Shown here one piece after another: positions 8,257-17,351 of a stretch of 25,074 nt of DNA (positions within the stretch are counted from its first letter, which is position 1; every line of letters begins with the position of its first letter). This DNA comes from a virus (Duplodnaviria; Heunggongvirae; Uroviricota; Caudoviricetes). The notes under the pieces were generated by a model, which saw nothing but the letters and a program-made list of their open reading frames with translations, was not told where the DNA came from and did no database searches. The DNA lies in IMG/VR virus record IMGVR_UViG_2684622619_000026. One strand, given 5' to 3'. A program made the position numbers and the translations under genes.

Positions 8257-10223
8257 TGAAATCATATCTCAATATCAATAGTTTGATTCTTGTTGGCGTT
8301 CGTAAAAACTACGTCACTACTTTTTATAAAGGTCTCAATGTTATCTACGGAGACTCTGACACAGGTAAGTCAAGCATTCTGGAGTTTATTAATTATCTTT
8401 TAGGTGCTAGCTCTATAGATTTAGCAGATGAAATAAAAACATCAGTAAACTATGCTGCTCTTGAAGTAGTGATCAATGATACTGTATTCACAATCGTAAG
8501 AGATATCTATGATCATAAAAAAGCAATAGAAGTTTATCGTTGTAAGTTTGATGATTTACATAAACATTTTCCGAAAAAATACGCTCCTAATTATAGCCCA
8601 TTATCAAATGTTGATGGTGTTTTTTCGGAGTTTTTACTTGATAGTCTTAATTTTCCAAAGATTGAAATTAAGGTGTCTCCTTCTAAAGCTCATTCACAGA
8701 TGCGCAGGTTAAGTTTTAGAAATATATATAAATTTGTTTATGTAAGTCAGGATGATATTGGTAGTAAATCTTTCTTGCGATTGGGTGATTGGTCCCGCTA
8801 CGCATTTACGAAAGAAGTTTTTAAATACATGTTCAATGTGTTGGATGAAAGCATCGCCAGACTCCAAGGTGAAATATCTGCAAAAAGTAGTTTAGTAACG
8901 GAATTAAATAGGAAGTATCAGATAATATCTGAATTTCTTCGCGATACAGACTATGAAACGATTGAATCAATTGATGATGAGATTAATAGGATAGATCTTG
9001 TTTTAGAAGAACTTGTTGCAGGTTTGTCTGCTCTCGATAAAAATATGAAAGCGGATTCCATACAGTATACAGAATTGAAAGATGCTCACAATTTTATTTC
9101 GCTTAAATACAAAGAGTGCATATTAAATATTACTGCGCTTGAGGATAAGATTGATAAATATTCGCGGTTAAAAAATGACTATGATAATGATATTGAAAAA
9201 CTCAAAGCGATTAAAACAGCAAATTCTCGCATTGGTGTATTGGATAAGGAAGTATTTTCCTGTCCAGTCTGTGATAGCCACATTAAAATAGATGATTCTG
9301 ATTTTCCATTTGAAATTTCATCAGAAAAAGATCTTAATGAAGAGTTGAATTCACTTAGTCGACGTAGACGAAATATTAATGACATGATCTCAGAAATGTC
9401 ATTTAAATTAAAAAAAGAATCAGGTTATAAAAAGGAATTAGATGAACGACTTGACGAGTTGAGAGAATTGATTGACGAAGAAAGCCAGTCAATGATTACA
9501 CCATTCTTGACTCAGAGAGATTTTTATATTAAAGAGATCTCAAAAAATGAGAAGGTTAGGGAGCAGTTAGTAAAAGATTTGAAGGTTAGAAACCAGCAAG
9601 AGGAACTGCTTGAAAAGTATCAGGTACTGAGAAAAGATATTGAAGCATTAACTGAACGCTTGGAGGCGTTAAAGAAAAACGCACCTAGCATGGAGGGCAT
9701 TTTACAAGGTTTGGGTGATAGATTTAGTCAGTATTTGAAGGGTATTAATATCAAAAACAGAACGGGGATAAAAATCTCTGAAAGCTATTACATTCCTGTT
9801 ATAAGAGAAAAAGAATATTTTAAAATAACATCCGGAGGTTTGAGAACTATTTCTTCTATTGGGTATCTTTTGTCTATTCTTGATTATGCAATAGATCATA
9901 ATGTTAACCATCCTTTACTTTTGATATTTGATACGGTTGGCAAATATTTAGGGAAACAGACCAAGGAAAAATATTCAAAAGAAACTCTTGCATTCGAGGA
10001 TGACCTTGAGGGAATGTCAGATCCGATGAAGTATCAAAATATTTATGAACAACTATTGAATACAGTTCAAAAAGCAGAAAGAAAAAATGTTCCGTGCCAG
10101 ATTATATTAGTTGATAATGATTTGCCTAATTCGTTTTCTACTGGTGAACTTTCGAATATTATCGCTCATTATAGCTCGGTTGGTGAGGACGGTTTGCCTT
10201 TAGGTTTAATTGATGACCTTTAA
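8253..10223 (+). CDS. SMC/Rad50-like ABC ATPase with central CxxC motif; third gene of cargo cassette
   Basis: 656 aa; N-terminal Walker A GDSDTGKSS; long heptad-like charged middle region; CPVC near residue 337 (mid-protein); C-terminal TSGG signature-like motif followed by hydrophobic-D LLLIFDT (Walker B-like) and ILVDND. Start may be the ATG at 8256 (better spacing from AAGGAG). Confidence 0.75.
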   Translation: MMKSYLNINSLILVGVRKNYVTTFYKGLNVIYGDSDTGKSSILEFINYLLGASSIDLADEIKTSVNYAALEVVINDTVFTIVRDIYDHKKAIEVYRCKFDDLHKHFPKKYAPNYSPLSNVDGVFSEFLLDSLNFPKIEIKVSPSKAHSQMRRLSFRNIYKFVYVSQDDIGSKSFLRLGDWSRYAFTKEVFKYMFNVLDESIARLQGEISAKSSLVTELNRKYQIISEFLRDTDYETIESIDDEINRIDLVLEELVAGLSALDKNMKADSIQYTELKDAHNFISLKYKECILNITALEDKIDKYSRLKNDYDNDIEKLKAIKTANSRIGVLDKEVFSCPVCDSHIKIDDSDFPFEISSEKDLNEELNSLSRRRRNINDMISEMSFKLKKESGYKKELDERLDELRELIDEESQSMITPFLTQRDFYIKEISKNEKVREQLVKDLKVRNQQEELLEKYQVLRKDIEALTERLEALKKNAPSMEGILQGLGDRFSQYLKGINIKNRTGIKISESYYIPVIREKEYFKITSGGLRTISSIGYLLSILDYAIDHNVNHPLLLIFDTVGKYLGKQTKEKYSKETLAFEDDLEGMSDPMKYQNIYEQLLNTVQKAERKNVPCQIILVDNDLPNSFSTGELSNIIAHYSSVGEDGLPLGLIDDL

Positions 10224-10352
10224 TACTATACATGCATTTTTTTGAATTAGATTGCATGTGGATAATGAGTCTATTTAGTGAAGGGAGGGATTTGTGAGAC
10301 GAGACTTTCGATAAAAATGCAACCGCATTAAAATCGCCACATGAAGCGGGCG

Positions 10353-10371
10353 GGCGAGGCGGGGAAAGCAC
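10353..10371. other. cos: cos site (19-nt cohesive-end sequence of P2/186-type phages)
   Basis: GGCGAGGCGGGGAAAGCAC matches the P2 cohesive-end sequence as I recall it; located between the cargo locus and portal gene Q, where P2 cos lies. Confidence 0.55.
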
Positions 10372-10512
10372 TGCGCGCTGGCGGTGGTGCTGATTTTATT
10401 TTTTCAGCGTCTGAGCGCGTCGTGATGGCGCTTAGTCTGCCCGTTGAGGCGTTGGTGTGTCTGCGGGGTGTTTTGTGCGGTGGTGAGCGTGTGAGGGCGT
10501 GATGACGGGGTG

Positions 10513-10536
10513 TAAAAAAGCCGCCCGCAGGCGGCG
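10513..10536 (-). terminator. rho-independent terminator of the P-Q operon
   Basis: GC stem GCCGCC-CGCA-GGCGGC (10520-10535) directly downstream of the Q stop; on the minus strand it is followed by a TTTTTT run. Confidence 0.6.
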
Positions 10537-10540
10537 ATGT

Positions 10541-11575
10541 TCAGCCGTTGTCAGTGTCCAGTGAGTAGTTTTTAAAGCGGATGACCTCCTGACCGAGCCA
10601 GCCGTTTATCTCGCGGATCCTGTCCTGTAGCGGGATAAGCTCATTGCGGACAAAGACCTTTGCCACTTTCTCAATATCACCCAGCGACCCGACGTTCTCC
10701 GGCTTGCCGCCCATCAACTGAAAGGGGATGCGGTGCGCGTCCAGCAGGTCAGCGGCGCTGGCTTTTTTGATATTAAAAAAATCGTCCTTCGTTGCCACTT
10801 CACTGAGCGGGATAATTTTAATGCCGTCGGCTTTCCCCTGCGGGGCATAGAGAAACAGATTTTTAAAGTTGTTGCGGCCTTTCGACTTGACCATGTTTTC
10901 GCGAAGCATTTCGATATCGTTGCGATCCTGCACGGCATCGGTGACGTACATGATATATCCGGCATGAGCGCCGTTTTCGTAATACTTGCGGCGGAACAGC
11001 GTGGCCGACTCATTCAGCCAGGCAGAATTAAGGGCGCTGAGATATTCCGGCAGGCCGTACAGCTCCTGATTAATATCCGGCTCCAGCAGGTGAAACACGG
11101 AGCCGGGCGCGAAGGCTGTCGGCTCGTTGAAGGACGGCACCCACCAGTAAACATCCTCCTCCACGCCACGGCGGGTATATTTTGCCGGTGAGGTTTCCAG
11201 TCTGATGACCTTACCGGTGGTGCTGTAACGCTTTTCCAGAAACGCATTACCGAACACCAGAAAATCCAGCACAAAGCGGCTGAAATCCTGCTGGGAAAGC
11301 CACGGGTGCGGAATAAACGTTGAAGCCAGAATATTACGTTTGACGTAAATCGGTGAGCTGTGATGTACGGCAGCACGCAGGCTTTTTGCCAGACCGGTAA
11401 AGCTGACCGGTGGCTCATACCATCTGCCGTTACTGATGCACTCGACGTAATCCAGAATGTCACGGCGGTCGAGTACCGGCACCGGTTCACCAAAGGTGAA
11501 TGCCTCCATTTTCGGGGCGCTGGCGGTCATTTTTTTTGCCGCAGGTTGCGGTGTTTTCCCTTTTTTCTTGCTCAT
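10541..11575 (-). CDS. Q: portal protein Q
   Basis: 344 aa; N-terminus MSKKKGKTPQPAAKKMTASAPKMEAFTFGEPVPVLDRRDILDYVECISNGRWYEPP recognised as P2 gpQ-like; ATGA overlap with the upstream P gene. Confidence 0.9.
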   Translation of the reverse strand: MSKKKGKTPQPAAKKMTASAPKMEAFTFGEPVPVLDRRDILDYVECISNGRWYEPPVSFTGLAKSLRAAVHHSSPIYVKRNILASTFIPHPWLSQQDFSRFVLDFLVFGNAFLEKRYSTTGKVIRLETSPAKYTRRGVEEDVYWWVPSFNEPTAFAPGSVFHLLEPDINQELYGLPEYLSALNSAWLNESATLFRRKYYENGAHAGYIMYVTDAVQDRNDIEMLRENMVKSKGRNNFKNLFLYAPQGKADGIKIIPLSEVATKDDFFNIKKASAADLLDAHRIPFQLMGGKPENVGSLGDIEKVAKVFVRNELIPLQDRIREINGWLGQEVIRFKNYSLDTDNG

Positions 11576-13347
11576 CAGTAAAACTCCAGAATGGTGGATG
11601 TCAGCGGGGTGCTGATACCGGCGGTGAGTGGCTCATTTAACAGGGCGTGCATGGTCGCCCAGGCGAGGTCGGCGTGGCTGGCTTCCTCGCTGCGGCTGGC
11701 CTCATAGGTGGCGCTGCGTCCGCTGCTGGTCATGGTCTTGCGGATAGCCATAAACGAGCTGGTGATGTCGGTGGCGCTGACGTCATATTCCAGACAGCCA
11801 CGGCGAATAACGTCTTTTGCCTTGAGCACCATTGCGGTTTTCATTTCCGGCGTGTAGCGGATATCGCGTGCGGCGGGATAGAACGAGCGAACGAGCAGGA
11901 ACACGCCGACACCGAGGCCGGTGGCATCAATTCCGATGTATTCGACGTTGTATTTTTCGGTGAGTTTGCGGATGGATTCAGCCTGGGTGGCAAAGTCCAT
12001 GCCTTTCCACTGGTGACGCTCAAGTATTCTGAATTTGCCACCGGCCACCACCGGCGGTGCCAGCACCACGCATCCGGCACTGTCGCCACGGTGTGACGGG
12101 TCGTAACCAATCCAGACCGGGCGGGAGCCGAACGGATTCGCGGCAAACGGCGCATAGTCTTCCCATTCTTCCAGCGTGTCGACCATGCAGCGTTGCAGCT
12201 CCTCGAACGGGAACACCGACGCCTTGTCGTCAACAAATTCACACATGAACAGGTTTTTAAAATCGTCGGCGCTGTTTTCGCGTTTAAGCTGCTCAATGTC
12301 GAACAGCGTGCAGCCACCTTTCAGGGCGTCCTCAATGGTGACAATCTGCCGCCACTGACCGTCCGCACAGAGAAGCCCACCGGCAAGAGCGTTATGACTG
12401 ACGTCGATTTCCACGCGTTCGGCGGCGCTGGCGCGTCCCCGGTTGAACAGTTCACCCGACCAGAACGGGTAGGCGTCGTGCGCCAGCGTGGACGGGGTGG
12501 AGAAATAGGTCGAGCGCAGGTGACTCTGTGAGGCCATACCTGATGCCACCTTACGCAGTACCTGAAAATTCGGTATCCAGAAAATCTCGTCGACGTACAG
12601 GTCGCCGTTATGGCTCTGCGCGGTGTTGGAGTTGGTGCCGAGAAAAATCAGTTTTGCGCTGTTATTGCCCAGGACAATCGGGTCACCGGTCAGGTCAACG
12701 TCAACCAGCCGGGCAAAGGCGATGATGTATTCGCGGAACACATACGCCTGCGTTTTACTGGCCGACAGAAAAATCTGGTTATGACCGGTTTTCAGGGCGC
12801 GCAGCAGCGCCTCGCGGGAAAAATAAAACGTCGCGCCAATCTGGCGGGATTTCAGGATATCGCGGATGCGGTGCTCAAGCCCGGCGCGATACCAGTGCAA
12901 CTGATATTCGAAAGACTGCTCAAAGAAAATCTGCTCCAGCTTTTCGATAGCCTCGTCACTGAAAAAATTCTTTTTCGGTTTGCGCCGCCCGCCTTTGTTG
13001 CGGTTAGCGATGTTCGGATTAAGGTCTGCCTCGTTGCCGGTCTGGCTGTAGCGGTTTACCCGTGCCAGTCGTTCAATCTGGCGTCCGAGCAGGTCAATTT
13101 CCTTGAAGTCACCGCCGGTTTTCTGCGGTTTGATGATGAGCTGGGTCAGCCGCGCTTCCAGACTCATTTCGACACGGCTGATGGGGGCAACGCTGTCCCA
13201 GCCGTCGCGCTGTTTCCAGCTCTGCACCGTCGGGCGTTTCATCTGCAACATGGCGGCAATCTGCGGCACGGAAAATCCCTGCCAGTACAGCAGCGCCGCC
13301 TGACGACGCGGGTCGTGTAAAAGAGTGGTGTCTGTGGTGATGGTCAT
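11575..13347 (-). CDS. P: terminase large (ATPase) subunit P
   Basis: Start taken at MTITTDTTLL (GAGG 6 nt upstream), giving 590 aa; size and position next to Q as in P2; the ORF-track start at 13377 lacks an RBS. Confidence 0.9.
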   Translation of the reverse strand: MTITTDTTLLHDPRRQAALLYWQGFSVPQIAAMLQMKRPTVQSWKQRDGWDSVAPISRVEMSLEARLTQLIIKPQKTGGDFKEIDLLGRQIERLARVNRYSQTGNEADLNPNIANRNKGGRRKPKKNFFSDEAIEKLEQIFFEQSFEYQLHWYRAGLEHRIRDILKSRQIGATFYFSREALLRALKTGHNQIFLSASKTQAYVFREYIIAFARLVDVDLTGDPIVLGNNSAKLIFLGTNSNTAQSHNGDLYVDEIFWIPNFQVLRKVASGMASQSHLRSTYFSTPSTLAHDAYPFWSGELFNRGRASAAERVEIDVSHNALAGGLLCADGQWRQIVTIEDALKGGCTLFDIEQLKRENSADDFKNLFMCEFVDDKASVFPFEELQRCMVDTLEEWEDYAPFAANPFGSRPVWIGYDPSHRGDSAGCVVLAPPVVAGGKFRILERHQWKGMDFATQAESIRKLTEKYNVEYIGIDATGLGVGVFLLVRSFYPAARDIRYTPEMKTAMVLKAKDVIRRGCLEYDVSATDITSSFMAIRKTMTSSGRSATYEASRSEEASHADLAWATMHALLNEPLTAGISTPLTSTILEFY

Positions 13348-13520
13348 GAATACCTCGCCGTGATGAATACACGGCAAGGCTACTGAGTCGCGCCCCGCGA
13401 TTCGCTAAGGTGCTGTTGTGTCAGTGATAAGCCATCCGGGACTGATGGCGGAGGATGCGCATCGTCGGGAAACTGATGCCGACATGTGACTCTTCTAATC
13501 ACTATTCAGGACTCCTGACA
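13348..13520. promoter_or_regulatory. divergent late-promoter region between P and O
   Basis: Intergenic region between divergently transcribed P-Q and O-N-M-L operons; by P2 analogy it carries the activator-dependent late promoters; contains dyad GCCGTG-N7-CACGGC at 13357-13375; exact promoter elements not resolved. Confidence 0.4.
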
Positions 13521-14375
13521 ATGGCAAAAAAAGTCTCAAAATTCTTTCGTATCGGCGTTGAGGGTGACACCTGTGACGGGCGTGTCATCAGTGCGCAGGA
13601 TATTCAGGAAATGGCCGAAACCTTTGACCCGCGTGTCTATGGTTGCCGCATTAACCTGGAACATCTGCGCGGCATCCTGCCTGACGGTATTTTTAAACGT
13701 TATGGCGATGTGGCCGAACTGAAGGCCGAAAAGATTGATGACGATTCGGCGCTGAAAGGCAAATGGGCGCTGTTTGCGAAAATCACCCCGACCGATGACC
13801 TTATCGCGATGAACAAGGCCGCGCAGAAGGTCTACACCTCAATGGAAATTCAGCCGAACTTTGCCAACACCGGCAAATGTTATCTGGTGGGTCTGGCCGT
13901 CACCGATGACCCGGCAAGCCTCGGCACGGAATACCTGGAATTCTGCCGCACGGCAAAACACAACCCCCTGAACCGCTTCAAATTAAGCCCTGAAAACCTG
14001 ATTTCAGTAGCAACGCCTGTTGAGCTGGAATTTGAAGACCTGCCTGAAACCGTGTTCACCGCCCTGACCGAAAAGGTGAAATCCATTTTTGGCCGCAAAC
14101 AGGCCAGCGATGACGCCCGTCTGAATGACGTGCATGAAGCGGTGACCGCTGTTGCTGAACATGTGCAGGAAAAGCTGAGCGCCACTGAGCAGCGACTCGC
14201 TGAGATGGAAACCGCCTTTTCCGCACTTAAGCAGGAGGTGACTGACAGGGCGGATGAAACCAGCCAGGCATTCAGCCGCCTGAAAAACAGTCTCGACCAC
14301 ACCGAAAGTCTGACCCAGCAGCGCCGCAGCAAGGCCACCGGCGGTGGCGGTGACGCCCTGATGACGAACTGCTGA
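13521..14375 (+). CDS. O: capsid scaffolding protein O
   Basis: Start at MAKKVSKFFRIGVEGDTCDGRVISAQDIQEMAETFDPRVYG (internal ATG at 13521, AGGA upstream); 284 aa as for P2 gpO. Confidence 0.9.
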   Translation: MAKKVSKFFRIGVEGDTCDGRVISAQDIQEMAETFDPRVYGCRINLEHLRGILPDGIFKRYGDVAELKAEKIDDDSALKGKWALFAKITPTDDLIAMNKAAQKVYTSMEIQPNFANTGKCYLVGLAVTDDPASLGTEYLEFCRTAKHNPLNRFKLSPENLISVATPVELEFEDLPETVFTALTEKVKSIFGRKQASDDARLNDVHEAVTAVAEHVQEKLSATEQRLAEMETAFSALKQEVTDRADETSQAFSRLKNSLDHTESLTQQRRSKATGGGGDALMTNC

Positions 14376-14433
14376 CCGGCGTCAGCCAGTCCGGGAAAAC
14401 CTTCACGATTAACCCTTAATTTCAGGAAAAACT

Positions 14434-15507
14434 ATGCGCCAGGAAACCCGCTTTAAATTTAATGCCTACCTGTCCCGTGTTGCCGAACTGAACGGCATCG
14501 ACGCCGGTGATGTGTCGAAAAAATTCACCGTTGAACCGTCGGTCACCCAGACCCTGATGAACACCATGCAGGAGTCCTCTGACTTTCTGACCCGCATCAA
14601 CATTGTGCCGGTCAGCGAAATGAAAGGGGAAAAAATTGGTATTGGTGTCACCGGCTCCATCGCCAGCACCACAGACACCGCCGGTGGCACCGAGCGTCAG
14701 CCGAAGGACTTCTCGAAGCTGGCGTCAAACAAGTACGAATGCGACCAGATTAACTTCGATTTTTATATCCGCTACAAAACGCTTGACCTGTGGGCGCGTT
14801 ATCAGGATTTCCAGCTCCGTGTCCGTAACGCCATTATCAAACGCCAGTCCCTTGATTTAATCATGGCCGGTTTTAACGGCGTGAGGCGTGCCGAAACCTC
14901 TGACCGCAGCAGTAACCAGATGCTGCAGGATGTGGCGGTCGGCTGGCTGCAGAAATACCGCAATGAAGCCCCGGCGCGCGTGATGAGCAAGGTTACTGAC
15001 GAGGAAGGTCACACGACCTCTGAGGTCATCCGCGTGGGTAAGGGCGGTGATTATGCCAGCCTCGATGCACTGGTGATGGATGCGACCAACAACCTGATTG
15101 AGCCGTGGTATCAGGAAGACCCTGACCTTGTGGTGATTGTGGGGCGTCAGCTGCTGGCGGACAAGTATTTTCCCATCGTCAACAGGGAGCAGGACAACAG
15201 CGAGATGCTGGCCGCTGACGTCATCATCAGCCAGAAACGCATCGGTAACCTGCCGGCGGTACGCGTCCCGTACTTCCCGGCGGATGCGATGCTCATCACG
15301 AAGCTGGAAAACCTGTCCATCTACTACATGGATGACAGCCATCGCCGCGTGATTGTGGAAAACCCGAAACTCGACCGCGTGGAGAACTACGAGTCAATGA
15401 ACATTGATTACGTGGTGGAAGACTACGCCGCCGGTTGTCTGGTGGAAAAAATTAAGGTCGGTGACTTCTCCACACCGACTAAAGTGACCGCAGAGCCGGG
15501 AGCGTAA
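14434..15507 (+). CDS. N: major capsid protein N
   Basis: 357 aa; MRQETRFKFNAYLSRVAELNGIDAGDVSKKFTVEPSVTQTLMN recognised as P2 gpN-like; position after O. Confidence 0.92.
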   Translation: MRQETRFKFNAYLSRVAELNGIDAGDVSKKFTVEPSVTQTLMNTMQESSDFLTRINIVPVSEMKGEKIGIGVTGSIASTTDTAGGTERQPKDFSKLASNKYECDQINFDFYIRYKTLDLWARYQDFQLRVRNAIIKRQSLDLIMAGFNGVRRAETSDRSSNQMLQDVAVGWLQKYRNEAPARVMSKVTDEEGHTTSEVIRVGKGGDYASLDALVMDATNNLIEPWYQEDPDLVVIVGRQLLADKYFPIVNREQDNSEMLAADVIISQKRIGNLPAVRVPYFPADAMLITKLENLSIYYMDDSHRRVIVENPKLDRVENYESMNIDYVVEDYAAGCLVEKIKVGDFSTPTKVTAEPGA

Positions 15508-15510
15508 CCG

Positions 15511-16254
15511 ATGACGAGTCCCGCACAGCGCCACATGATGCGGGTCTCGGCAGCGATGACCGCGCAGCGGGACGCCGCCCCGCTGCGACATGCAACTGTC
15601 TATGAGCAGATGCTGGTCAAGCTGGCCGCAGACCAGCGCACACTGAAAGCGATTTATTCAAAAGAGCTGAAGGCCGCGAAAAAACGCGAACTGCTGCCGT
15701 TCTGGTTGCCGTGGGTGAACGGCGTGCTGGAGCAGGGCAAAGGTGCACAGGATGACATTCTGATGACGGTCATGCTGTGGCGTCTGGATACCGGCGATAT
15801 TGCCGGTGCGCTGGAGATTGCCCGTTATGCCCTGAAGTACGGTCTGACCATGCCGGGTAAACACCGCCGCACCCCGCCGTATATGTTCACCGAGGAGGTG
15901 GCGCTCGCGGCCATGCGCGCCCACGCTGCCGGTGAGTCTGTGGATACCCGCCTGCTGACGGAGACCCTTGCACTGACCGCCACGGCAGACATGCCTGATG
16001 AAGTGCGTGCAAAGCTGCACAAAATCACCGGTCTGTTTCTGCGTGACGCTGGTGATGCCGCCGGTGCGCTGGCTCACCTGCAACGTGCGACACAGCTCGA
16101 CTGTCAGGCAGGCGTCAAAAAAGAGATTGAACGACTGGAGCGGGAGCTGAAACCGAAGCCGGAGCCGCAGCCCAAAGCGGCCACCCGCGCCCCGCGTAAG
16201 ACCCGGAGCGTGACACCGGCAAAACGTGGACGCCCGAAAAAGAAAGCCAGTTAA
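15511..16254 (+). CDS. M: terminase small (endonuclease) subunit M
   Basis: 247 aa with basic C-terminal tail (KRGRPKKKAS); position after N as in P2. Confidence 0.9.
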   Translation: MTSPAQRHMMRVSAAMTAQRDAAPLRHATVYEQMLVKLAADQRTLKAIYSKELKAAKKRELLPFWLPWVNGVLEQGKGAQDDILMTVMLWRLDTGDIAGALEIARYALKYGLTMPGKHRRTPPYMFTEEVALAAMRAHAAGESVDTRLLTETLALTATADMPDEVRAKLHKITGLFLRDAGDAAGALAHLQRATQLDCQAGVKKEIERLERELKPKPEPQPKAATRAPRKTRSVTPAKRGRPKKKAS

Positions 16255-16353
16255 CAACCGAATGCGCCCCGCGCCAGGGCGGCACGCCGGTCAGTGAGGG
16301 TGAATCACCTGACACTGCACCGGCGTCCACCGCCCGACTTTTCAGAGGTAGTC

Positions 16354-16863
16354 ATGATGACGCTGATTATTCCGCGAAAGGAGGCTCCCGTGTCCGGTGA
16401 GGGTACGGTGGTCATCCCGCAACCGGCAGGCGACGAGCCGGTGATTAAAAACACGTTCTTTTTTCCCGATATCGACCCGAAGCGCGTCCGGGAACGTATG
16501 CGCCTTGAGCAGACCGTCGCCCCCGCCCGTCTGCGTGAGGCCATCAAGTCAGGCATGGCGGAAACGAATGCGGAGCTGTACGAGTACCGCGAACAGAAAA
16601 TTGCTGCCGGTTTTACGCGTCTGGCGGACGTCCCGGCGGACGACATCGACGGTGAAAGCATCAAAGTTTTTTACTACGAGCGCGCCGTGTGTGCGATGGC
16701 GACCGCATCGCTTTATGAGCGTTATCGCGGCGTGGATGCCAGTGCCAAGGGCGACAAGAAGGCCGACAGCATTGACAGCACCATTGATGAACTGTGGCGG
16801 GATATGCGCTGGGCGGTGGCACGTATCCAGGACAAGCCGCGCTGCATCGTGAGTCAAATCTGA
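16354..16863 (+). CDS. L: head completion/stabilisation protein L
   Basis: Start at MMTLIIPRKEAP (GAGG 5 nt upstream), 169 aa as for P2 gpL; the ORF-track 5' extension is not supported by an RBS. Confidence 0.85.
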   Translation: MMTLIIPRKEAPVSGEGTVVIPQPAGDEPVIKNTFFFPDIDPKRVRERMRLEQTVAPARLREAIKSGMAETNAELYEYREQKIAAGFTRLADVPADDIDGESIKVFYYERAVCAMATASLYERYRGVDASAKGDKKADSIDSTIDELWRDMRWAVARIQDKPRCIVSQI

Positions 16864-17066
16864 TGAAGACCTTTGCGCTACAGGGCGACACGCTCGACGC
16901 CATTTGTGTCCGGTATTACGGGCGCACTGAGGGCGTGGTTGAGACCGTGCTCGCCGCAAATCCGGGACTGGCTGAACTGGGTGCGATGCTGCCGCACGGC
17001 ACCGCCGTCGAACTGCCCGACGTTCAGACCGCGCCCGTGGCTGAAACTGTCAATCTGTGGGAGTAA
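16863..17066 (+). CDS. X: tail protein X
   Basis: 67 aa (MKTFALQGDTLDAICVRYYGRTEGVVETVLAANPGLAELG); ATG overlaps the L stop (TGATG). Confidence 0.85.
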   Translation: MKTFALQGDTLDAICVRYYGRTEGVVETVLAANPGLAELGAMLPHGTAVELPDVQTAPVAETVNLWE

Positions 17067-17069
17067 CGC

Positions 17070-17351
17070 ATGACAGCAGAAGAAAAAAGCGTCCTGTCGC
17101 TTTTCATGATTGGAGTGCTGATTGTTGTCGGCAAGGTGCTTGCCGGTGGTGAACCCATCACCCCGCGTCTGTTTATCGGGCGCATGTTGCTCGGTGGTTT
17201 TGTCTCGATGGTTGCCGGTGTTGTTCTGGTGCAGTTTCCTGACCTGTCACTGCCTGCGGTGTGCGGTATCGGCTCCATGCTGGGTATCGCCGGTTATCAG
17301 GTGATTGAGATTGCCATTCAGCGCCGCTTTAAGGGCAGGGGGAAACCGTAA
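17070..17351 (+). CDS. Y: holin Y
   Basis: 93 aa with hydrophobic transmembrane segments and a charged C-terminus (RRFKGRGKP); precedes the endolysin. Confidence 0.85.
   Translation: MTAEEKSVLSLFMIGVLIVVGKVLAGGEPITPRLFIGRMLLGGFVSMVAGVVLVQFPDLSLPAVCGIGSMLGIAGYQVIEIAIQRRFKGRGKP

Noticed and set aside
8253-10223. Possibility that the cassette ATPase is a P2 Old-type (OLD family) nuclease
   Set aside because: The ABC signature and Walker-B-like motifs are at the extreme C-terminus with a long coiled-coil-like insert, and I see no Toprim-like acidic C-terminal domain; the architecture fits SMC/Rad50-like proteins better. Not confirmed by search.
10714-16959. Many long ORFs in the track that lie antisense or out of frame inside P, Q, O, N, M and L (for example 12610-13320 +, 14857-15342 -, 15658-16257 -, 16549-16959 -)
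   Set aside because: They are fully nested within well-supported phage structural genes, lack ribosome-binding sites and are typical of GC-rich DNA where stop codons are rare on alternative frames.
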